From: Candidatus Hermodarchaeota archaeon
GTDB lineage: Archaea; Asgardarchaeota; Lokiarchaeia; Sigyniarchaeales; SOKP01
NCBI GenBank assembly: GCA_048885925.1
Contig: JBHLLG010000071.1
Coordinates: 1 to 14,014 of the forward strand
Direction of reading: 5' to 3'
DNA length: 14,014 nucleotides
Both the position numbers and the translations under genes were made by a program. Each line of letters starts with the position of its first letter. The stretch's first letter is position 1. Below are positions 7,417-14,014 of this stretch, piece by piece. A model generated the notes under the pieces. That model had not been told where the DNA came from. It saw only the letters and a list, made by a program, of their open reading frames with translations, and did not search any database.

Positions 7417-8760
7417 ATTTGTGCTAAAAAACTAAATTATCCTGCTCAAGAAATAATTACTCCCACAGGGATTGAGAAAAAAGATTTTGAATATATTATT
7501 TTATGGATGCTTAACAATAATGAAGAATGTAATTGGTCTGACTTTTTAGATAAACCTTTAGAATTTAGTCTTGCCACATTATCAAAATATATGAATCTAT
7601 TAATGACAAATGGGTTTGTTGAAAAGAAAGAGAAGGGTCTATACTCGATTACATCTGAAGGAAAAAAAAGATATTTTGATTTAAGGTTTAAAGATTCATT
7701 TGATAGAAAGTTACGATATCCTCCCGAAATAATATTAAATAAGAGAAATTACGTCCACATTATTCTTTGGATGCTACATAATAATGAATATTGTAAATGG
7801 AAAGACTTTCTTGAGAAACCTCTTTCAATCAATAACAATTCTCTTTCAAAAAATATGAATCTTTTATTAAAAAAGAAATTTGTGAAAACCGAAAATATGG
7901 AATATCGAATTACGAAAGCTGGTGAATCTCAATATGCTAAAATGTTAGAAAAATACGAATTAGATTATCAATCAGTTTTACAAGAAGAAATTAAAAGAAT
8001 CGAAGAAATCAAAGCAAAAATGAATAAATTCCTCGAAAAATATAGAATTGACGATGACGAGATTAAAATTGTATTTTTGGATTTAAATAACTATTTAGAC
8101 TATTCTAAGATTGAAAAATTATTAGCATTTGAGGAAGATTATTACAAAATTTTATTATTTTTTTCTATGAATCATCCGATTAAATATCCAGAATATACAT
8201 CACCTGAAACCTATTCTCTTAAATTTGAAATTGATATTACTACACTTAATTTTTTTATTCAAAAAATTGTGAAGGATAATTTATTTGACTTAAAGTTCTT
8301 CAATTTAAGATTTAAAGATTATGAAACTTATTATTTTCGAGTAGGCGAAAAATTTGAAGACATGATGCACTTAATTATAGATGAAAACATTGTCAAATTT
8401 AGTTATCTGAAAAAATTACAGCCAGATCTTCCAAATGAAGATAAAACTTTGCAAACAATAGATTTATTTGAAAATATTGTAGATGATATCTGTAATAAAA
8501 TGTTCGATGACAAAATTAAGCCAGATATAATCCTATTTTTACAAGAATATATTAAATATTTGAACTTAAAATTCCAGAGAGGGGATGTTTCTGATGATGT
8601 AGTCCATACCTTCAAAGGCATGGCTTATCAAAACTTAACTAATTTAGATTTAAATGATTTTAAAAAAGTAACTGAGAATAAAAAAATAATCTCAATTATG
8701 GTGAAGAATTTTCCAAAATATACGATTTTAGATGAAATCAAAAAAAAATGGAAAGAATAA
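7417..8760 (+). CDS. Tandem winged helix-turn-helix DNA-binding protein, putative transcriptional regulator (start uncertain; the track start at 7507 is internal)
   Basis: Two wHTH repeats: IILWMLNNNEECNWSDFLDKPLEFSLATLSKYMNLLMTNGFVEK..GLYSITSEGK and IILWMLHNNEYCKWKDFLEKPLSINNNSLSKNMNLLLKKKFVKT...YRITKAGE. The frame stays open upstream of 7507 (KKLNYPAQEII matches RKLRYPPEII) back to the TAA at 7381-7383. Confidence 0.75.
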   Translation: MCAKKLNYPAQEIITPTGIEKKDFEYIILWMLNNNEECNWSDFLDKPLEFSLATLSKYMNLLMTNGFVEKKEKGLYSITSEGKKRYFDLRFKDSFDRKLRYPPEIILNKRNYVHIILWMLHNNEYCKWKDFLEKPLSINNNSLSKNMNLLLKKKFVKTENMEYRITKAGESQYAKMLEKYELDYQSVLQEEIKRIEEIKAKMNKFLEKYRIDDDEIKIVFLDLNNYLDYSKIEKLLAFEEDYYKILLFFSMNHPIKYPEYTSPETYSLKFEIDITTLNFFIQKIVKDNLFDLKFFNLRFKDYETYYFRVGEKFEDMMHLIIDENIVKFSYLKKLQPDLPNEDKTLQTIDLFENIVDDICNKMFDDKIKPDIILFLQEYIKYLNLKFQRGDVSDDVVHTFKGMAYQNLTNLDLNDFKKVTENKKIISIMVKNFPKYTILDEIKKKWKE

Positions 8761-8773
8761 ATTTAAGAATCTA

Positions 8774-8812
8774 TTCGAACTTTGTAAAAAGTTACGAACC
8801 TAAATCTAAAAA
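8774..8812. promoter_or_regulatory. Conserved upstream element, copy D (inverted; upstream of the ubiquitin-like gene)
   Basis: Reverse complement is tttttagatttaggTTCGtaactttttacaaagTTCGAA, with the same spacing as A-C but no third box. Confidence 0.68.
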
Positions 8813-8904
8813 TGCTAATTAAATAGATATATTATAATTAACTCTTTAAATAGTATAATAATTAGTTATTAGGTAAGAATTAGGAAAAAAAAATAAAAAG
8901 TCAT

Positions 8905-9186
8905 ATGATACTCTCTGTAGAAGATACTAGAGCAGGAAAGATAATTAAATTAGATGTTAATGAAAAGCATTTAGTTGAGAGTATCATAAGTATTGTTGTT
9001 AAACATATGAATATAATTAGTTCAGAACAACGTTCTTTTGCTTTAATATATAAAGGAAAAGAATTACCTAATTCGATAACCATCGGAGATGTAGTCAAAG
9101 ATTATGGTTTGAAAGAAAATGATAAACTGGAACTATGGGCTAAGGTAATCGGAGGCTACAGTAACAATTTATTCATGTATTTTTAA
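8905..9186 (+). CDS. Ubiquitin-like (beta-grasp) protein precursor with di-glycine and a 9-aa C-terminal extension
   Basis: QRSFALIYKGKELPNSITIGDVVKDYGLKENDKLELWAKVIGG parallels ubiquitin [36 protein letters not shown]. GG is at residues 83-84 (9151-9156), followed by YSNNLFMYF. Confidence 0.85.
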   Translation: MILSVEDTRAGKIIKLDVNEKHLVESIISIVVKHMNIISSEQRSFALIYKGKELPNSITIGDVVKDYGLKENDKLELWAKVIGGYSNNLFMYF

Positions 9187-10207
9187 GATCATCTTTTAAA
9201 GTATCAAAATAAGATAATGTAGTTAAAATAATCCGTGCTTCTTTCTTTAATCCTCCTTTCTTGTATAATTCAGCAGCTCTTCTAATCATTGTTGTAATTT
9301 TTTGGTAATTTTCTATATTAATTTTGAATTGTTTCTCTTTTTCATAGTCTAAGATTAGTTTTAACGCATTACAAAAATCTGAATTTCCTAGTGCTAGGAA
9401 TTTCAATTTTGCACCAGCAATACTTTCGCTAGCCTGTTTAAAGTGATTCGCTGCTTCTATAAAATTTTTTGCTTCGCCTTTTTCTTCAGCATAAGCCAAA
9501 TATTCCCAAGCTTTACATAAATGATATAATGTATCAACTTCTTCTTTTTCTTGCTTAAGAACAGTTTCTAAATAAAGATTCTTAAATTGAGATGCTACAC
9601 TTGCGAATATTTTAGCCGCTTTGGAACATTCTCCTCTTGTTACCAAAATTTTTGCTTCCTCGATTTCTAAAAATAGAGTATCATATTTAGAAGGTAATCG
9701 TTTTTCTTTTTCGATAATTGATTTCCTTAAAATTTCATTTATAATGGAGATCATTTCATCTTTAGAATCCTTCTGAACCGCTGAAAATCCAAATGTTTTT
9801 TCTCCAAAAATTTCTTCAATTTTTTCTATTTCTATGACTTTTCCTTTTCTATCTTGAAAATTAGCTATAATATAATAGTCTACATTTTGAATTTCTTGTT
9901 TTAATTTTAATAATAAATTTTGAGACTTTTCTACATTGGTTAAAGTTGAATTAGTAACAACACAAATTATATTAATAGATTGTAAGAGTTTTTTATAGGA
10001 TTTCAAATTATTAATTAGTTCCTTTAATTCAATGACTTTTAAAATGAATTGCTCAATTTCTTTAAGTTCAATTATATCAATTGTTTTTTTTAAAATTTCA
10101 TTTAAATCTAAGTCTATTTCTAATATATTTTCACCAGGGAATAGATTTAAAATTGTTAATTTTCCTACTCCTTCTTCTCCTGTTAACAAAATTTCAACCG
10201 TAACTAT
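9173..10207 (-). CDS. Degenerate Arf/Ras-like small GTPase domain fused to a C-terminal TPR/SNAP-like helical domain (start uncertain: ATA 10207 vs TTG 10189)
   Basis: VEILLTGEEGVGKLT (G1-like), YYIIANFQD (G4-like), FGFSAV (G5-like). The C-terminal helices carry AAKIF, AANHFKQA and AAELYKK patterns. Confidence 0.7.
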   Translation of the reverse strand: MVTVEILLTGEEGVGKLTILNLFPGENILEIDLDLNEILKKTIDIIELKEIEQFILKVIELKELINNLKSYKKLLQSINIICVVTNSTLTNVEKSQNLLLKLKQEIQNVDYYIIANFQDRKGKVIEIEKIEEIFGEKTFGFSAVQKDSKDEMISIINEILRKSIIEKEKRLPSKYDTLFLEIEEAKILVTRGECSKAAKIFASVASQFKNLYLETVLKQEKEEVDTLYHLCKAWEYLAYAEEKGEAKNFIEAANHFKQASESIAGAKLKFLALGNSDFCNALKLILDYEKEKQFKINIENYQKITTMIRRAAELYKKGGLKKEARIILTTLSYFDTLKDDLKNT

Positions 10208-10454
10208 TTTTGTCCCTCCTTCATAATATTGAGAGATTTAATTGTCAAAATCCATTTATTCAAAACTATTTTTAATACTATTGATTACCTTTAATGAAGT
10301 TATAACTAGCTCTTTTGATAATAATAGCTTTTCCTTCTTATATTTATAATTAATTTTAATATAGGCTTTAATGGTAATTAAAGTGACTGCCTTGGTTAAA
10401 TAGGGGATTAATTTACTATATTTTCTTTTTTCAGTAGGAAATTTACCTTAATTA

Positions 10455-10643
10455 TTATTCTCTTGATCGTAGATAAATATATAATCCAAACAAAAAAGGA
10501 ATTAACCAAATGATTAAAACCCATAAAAAGACATTCATATTTCTTTTTTTAGCATCTTGATATACCCATATTGATATTAATAACGAAGTGAGAAAAGTTG
10601 TTACTAAGAAAATAATTAAAATCAAAATTATAAATTCTATCAT
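10455..10643 (-). CDS. Small two-TM membrane protein (WVYxDAxxR type, PLDc_N-like)
   Basis: TM - WVYQDAKKRNMN - WVLIIWLIPFLFGLYIYL-RSRE pattern. Confidence 0.7.
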   Translation of the reverse strand: MIEFIILILIIFLVTTFLTSLLISIWVYQDAKKRNMNVFLWVLIIWLIPFLFGLYIYLRSRE

Positions 10644-10694
10644 TAGCTTTATATTTCCTATATATTTCTTATTTAATTTTACTCAATTTCATTA

Positions 10695-11684
10695 TTAGTT
10701 TTGCCTTTCATATGTTTTAGGATTAAACTTTGTAAAAGGTGTTTCACATCCCCAACAATTATTTTCTAACTCAGTTAAGGCTTCGCAACATTTTATGCAA
10801 TACCAAGCTTCACATTTGGGACATACATAAGTTAACCCTGAAATTTTGTTTTTACACACCAAACAAAATCCTTTTTCTTTGCTATATTTGACGTCTTCAA
10901 CACTGAATTTTAACGGTTTGGTAAAAATCCTTAAAGTTTCTTGCAATTCTTCTTTTTTAGTAGCAGATTCAGCTCTCCTTGTATAAAAATAAATTATATA
11001 CCCTAAAATTAAAATTAGTGTAAAAATTGCCATCCAGATCATAATTAAAAATAAATGTACTAATTGAAGATTAAAGAATAATATTAAACCCACAAATATC
11101 GCAAGTATACTTATCATTATCAATACAAATAACTTGATAATTGCTTTAGAAAAAAACTCAAAATAACCTATTAATGGAGAAGTAGCAATAAGCACTCCTA
11201 TAATAATAAACATTGAACCTAAAATAGGGGAAAATAGGTTTGAATTTTTTATTATTATTGCCTCAAAACTCCAACCAATCAAAAAAGTGGCAAATCCAAG
11301 GGTTATTATTGAAGAGATTGCTTGAAACTCACGCTTTGATTTAAATGTGGACCAAATAAACAAGATTATTATAATTATTGTGTTAATAAAAGTATAAGTA
11401 TATAGATATAAGTAGAAATATAGAAAGAGATAACTTATAACGTTATAAGTCTGGATTATAACATTTAAATCTCCAATATAAGTTCCTTCTAGAAAATAAT
11501 CGAGAACAAATAAGAATAGTCGTGTTAAAGCAATGTTAAGCCAAAATACTCCAAATCCGATCATTAAGATTTTTTCATTTTTATCATTTTTTCTGAATCC
11601 TCTAGAAAGATAAGAAATACCGCAGACGAATATTATAAAAATAGCCATACTTGACAAAAAGCGCTCTAAAGGTTCGGGAATCAT
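10695..11684 (-). CDS. ~7-TM membrane protein with C-terminal C4C4 RING-like zinc finger
   Basis: Seven hydrophobic segments followed by C-x2-C-x10-C-x2-C-x4-C-x2-C-x10-C-x2-C (10746..10865). Confidence 0.78.
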   Translation of the reverse strand: MIPEPLERFLSSMAIFIIFVCGISYLSRGFRKNDKNEKILMIGFGVFWLNIALTRLFLFVLDYFLEGTYIGDLNVIIQTYNVISYLFLYFYLYLYTYTFINTIIIIILFIWSTFKSKREFQAISSIITLGFATFLIGWSFEAIIIKNSNLFSPILGSMFIIIGVLIATSPLIGYFEFFSKAIIKLFVLIMISILAIFVGLILFFNLQLVHLFLIMIWMAIFTLILILGYIIYFYTRRAESATKKEELQETLRIFTKPLKFSVEDVKYSKEKGFCLVCKNKISGLTYVCPKCEAWYCIKCCEALTELENNCWGCETPFTKFNPKTYERQN

Positions 11685-11867
11685 AACATTTGCTAAGTTG
11701 AGTTTCTTAATAAATAACTATTAAGGATTTTCAGTATTAATAAATTATGATTTTTCTGCTGAATTATAACTAATATTGTTAAAGAAAGTTCTTTAGTTAT
11801 TAATTTAAATATAAATCTATCTTATTTAATTACTTAAGGAAATCTTTCATCTTATAAGACTTCTAAT

Positions 11868-12863
11868 ATGAAGAGAAAATTTGAAGCTATAGTTACTATA
11901 AACCTTATTTTTGTATTTACTATAGTAAGTATTCCAAGTTTGGTAATTTTTGCGGAATTTGCTAACTTCAATAGAATTGATGAATCTCTTACATATACAT
12001 ATTCATCAACGACACCACCAATTAAAAAAGAATTGAATCTTAATGCTGATGTAGGTACAATCGACATAAGATATACTACTCAACCAGTCGATTATCTTGT
12101 AAGAGTAGATGTAAACATTGAAATGGCGGGTCCAAACCTAAATGGAAAATCTTATTTAGATTTTTTTAATATTGGGTGGGATAATTTTACTTCTCCAGTA
12201 AATTTCACTTTAGAATTTATATCAGATATGTTGGAGGATTTTTCAAATTTACATAAAGCTAATATAATAATCAACATTATGCTTCGAACTGATATCATTT
12301 TCGATATTAATACTTCCATTATTGAGGGTGCAATAGAATTAGCAAATCTTAGAAGTATTACTGTTAATAGTTTATTCTTAAGTGTAGATAAAGGAGACAT
12401 TAATTGTGATTTCAATCATTGTACCATTGAAGGTAATATTACTGGAATTGTTAATTATGGAAATATAACTTTAAAATCTTATAATAATCAGTTTACACAG
12501 AATAGTAAATTAACTCTTATTAATGAATTGGGTAATACGTCAATTGATATTTATCAATATGAAGAATTCGGAGCTAATATCACTGGCACTGCATCTACAA
12601 AAACAGGAATAATTCATTTAATCTATAAAGATGATTCACCTAATATTGGAGCTCAATTTATATTGTATAATAAAACAACTCAGGGCGCTGAAGGAAAAAA
12701 TACATGGGATGGATTCGAAAGGGATTATTTACCATTAAGTGCATTATGTGAAGGACAATATTATAATTCCACAGATTTTCCTGCTCAAAATAACTATTAT
12801 TTCTCCTTATTTAAATGGGATGGTGGAGATTATCTATGGAATCTCTATAGTATCCCACTTTAA
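11868..12863 (+). CDS. Membrane-anchored or secreted beta-rich protein, possibly DUF4097/adhesin-like
   Basis: N-terminal basic plus hydrophobic anchor; repeats such as LNLNADVGTIDI, INTSIIEGAIEL, LSVDKGDINC, VNYGNITL and ASTKTGIIHL; many N-x-S/T sequons. Confidence 0.6.
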   Translation: MKRKFEAIVTINLIFVFTIVSIPSLVIFAEFANFNRIDESLTYTYSSTTPPIKKELNLNADVGTIDIRYTTQPVDYLVRVDVNIEMAGPNLNGKSYLDFFNIGWDNFTSPVNFTLEFISDMLEDFSNLHKANIIINIMLRTDIIFDINTSIIEGAIELANLRSITVNSLFLSVDKGDINCDFNHCTIEGNITGIVNYGNITLKSYNNQFTQNSKLTLINELGNTSIDIYQYEEFGANITGTASTKTGIIHLIYKDDSPNIGAQFILYNKTTQGAEGKNTWDGFERDYLPLSALCEGQYYNSTDFPAQNNYYFSLFKWDGGDYLWNLYSIPL

Positions 12864-12869
12864 GTAATA

Positions 12870-14014
12870 TTACTTGTCTAGATAAGCAAATTTTAGGATT
12901 AATCTTAAAGGGGCACCATCAATTGGAATCCCTTTTACATCTGAATCCCAGATATCATAGCTTATAGGAAACGCCAACCATAAAGCTGGATAAAGCTCTT
13001 CAATAAGACGCTGCTGAATATTAAAATATAATTGTTCTCTTGCAGTTTCATTGAATTCTTCAAGAGCATGGTCAATCCATAGTTGTACTTCTGTATCATT
13101 AAAATTAATAAAATTAGCAACACCATCTAATTTACTTGAGTATAATGGGTTGATAATATCAATAGGATCTACACTAGCAATACCCCATCCCAAAGTAAAC
13201 ATATCTAATTCTTTATCATACAATTTATATTCCATTTCTAAAGAACCCATTGTGTTAAGATTTACTTTCACACCAATCTGTTTAAGATATCCAATTGTTA
13301 GATTAGCTATGAATTCCATCCATGGCCAACAAGTTGAAAAATTATATTCACCAAGAGGTGTGATACTATTTGCTAAGGTTTCCCATTCATTTCCAGCGGA
13401 AATATTATTATTTGCTGTTAACCCGGTTGTACCAGACCAATTCGCATTTATCAAGATTTGCCTTGCTCTTGTAATATTATAATCTGGTACCTCAAAATTC
13501 CAGTTAGAATAACGCAACTTTCTTGGAAGAGGAGATCTTGCTCTTTCTGCGTGTATCCCCCAATTTCCTTCTATACAGTGAGTATAATTAAATGCATATG
13601 AGATTGCCTTTCTCATTGTAAGATTTATTTTATTATTATTCATACCAATATAAAAGAAAATTAATCTCGTTTTTGGCACTACTGTAATTCCGGGAGTATT
13701 TCTAAATATATCGAGTGTTTCATCATTACGAGATCCCATAGCATATGAAAGCTCCCCAGATAACATTCTCTCTTTTATTTCTATTTCACTTAAAGCTAGG
13801 AAGGTAACTTTATTAATTTTAGGAGCTCCACCCCAATAATCTGGATTAGCATGTATTTCTGTTTTCAAACTCTCGCCCTTATAATTTAACTCACAGGAAT
13901 CAAAAATAAAGGGACCAGTTCCGACTAGCTTTCCAGTCCCAATATCGATGAAATCATCTTCAGGAGTAGAGGTCGGGGAAAGTATGTAAGAGTTCCAGAG
14001 GGCAAGTAAATCTT
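12870..14014 (-). CDS. ABC transporter substrate-binding protein, family 5 (DppA/OppA-like); 5'-partial
   Basis: The frame is open beyond the track start at 13868 to the window edge (...ILSPTSTP...LVGTGPFIFD...). It contains NPDYWGGAPKI, MRKAISYAFN, LKQIGVKV and REQLYFNIQQRLIEELYP, all SBP_bac_5 hallmarks. Confidence 0.92.
   Translation of the reverse strand, partial: DLLALWNSYILSPTSTPEDDFIDIGTGKLVGTGPFIFDSCELNYKGESLKTEIHANPDYWGGAPKINKVTFLALSEIEIKERMLSGELSYAMGSRNDETLDIFRNTPGITVVPKTRLIFFYIGMNNNKINLTMRKAISYAFNYTHCIEGNWGIHAERARSPLPRKLRYSNWNFEVPDYNITRARQILINANWSGTTGLTANNNISAGNEWETLANSITPLGEYNFSTCWPWMEFIANLTIGYLKQIGVKVNLNTMGSLEMEYKLYDKELDMFTLGWGIASVDPIDIINPLYSSKLDGVANFINFNDTEVQLWIDHALEEFNETAREQLYFNIQQRLIEELYPALWLAFPISYDIWDSDVKGIPIDGAPLRLILKFAYLDK

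Noticed and set aside
7206-8812. Copies C and D face each other like terminal inverted repeats around the wHTH gene, suggesting a transposon
   Set aside because: No recognisable transposase or recombinase motif and no target-site duplication seen. The same element also precedes two other genes in promoter position, so a regulatory role is simpler.
8403-13482. ORFs 8403..8621, 8901..9098, 10032..10226, 11852..12067, 12152..12415 and 13051..13482
   Set aside because: Antisense shadows of supported CDSs.
1-14014. tRNA, rRNA or structured ncRNA genes
   Set aside because: No GC-rich structured intergenic segment or tRNA-like arms seen by eye; an Infernal or tRNAscan run would be needed to exclude them formally.

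Overview
AT-rich, gene-dense window that is very probably from an Asgard archaeon (Lokiarchaeia/Promethearchaeota-like). This is inferred from IPGY Loki-CTERM-type tails, a ubiquitin-like gene, a small-GTPase fusion and sequon-rich surface proteins. Left part: the 3' end of a paralogue, a YkgJ-type Cys-cluster gene, and a coupled pair of membrane proteins that together carry three TM-TM-left-handed-beta-helix modules. Middle: two tandem paralogous IPGY-anchored surface proteins and a secreted parallel beta-helix protein, transcribed divergently from a tandem winged-helix regulator. Right: a ubiquitin-like precursor (GG plus a 9-aa tail), a degenerate Arf-like GTPase fused to a helical-repeat domain, a small membrane protein, a ~7TM protein ending in a C4C4 RING-like finger, a secreted beta-rich protein and a partial family-5 ABC substrate-binding protein. 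The most notable non-coding signal is an ungapped operator-like element (TTTWTAGATT...TTCG-N17-CRAA, plus a third TTCGAA-like box in three copies). It occurs four times, always in the same orientation upstream of a gene: the two surface proteins, the beta-helix protein and the ubiquitin-like gene. This suggests a local regulon run by the wHTH protein. Three genes may start at ATT or ATA. All calls were made by eye; no searches were run.
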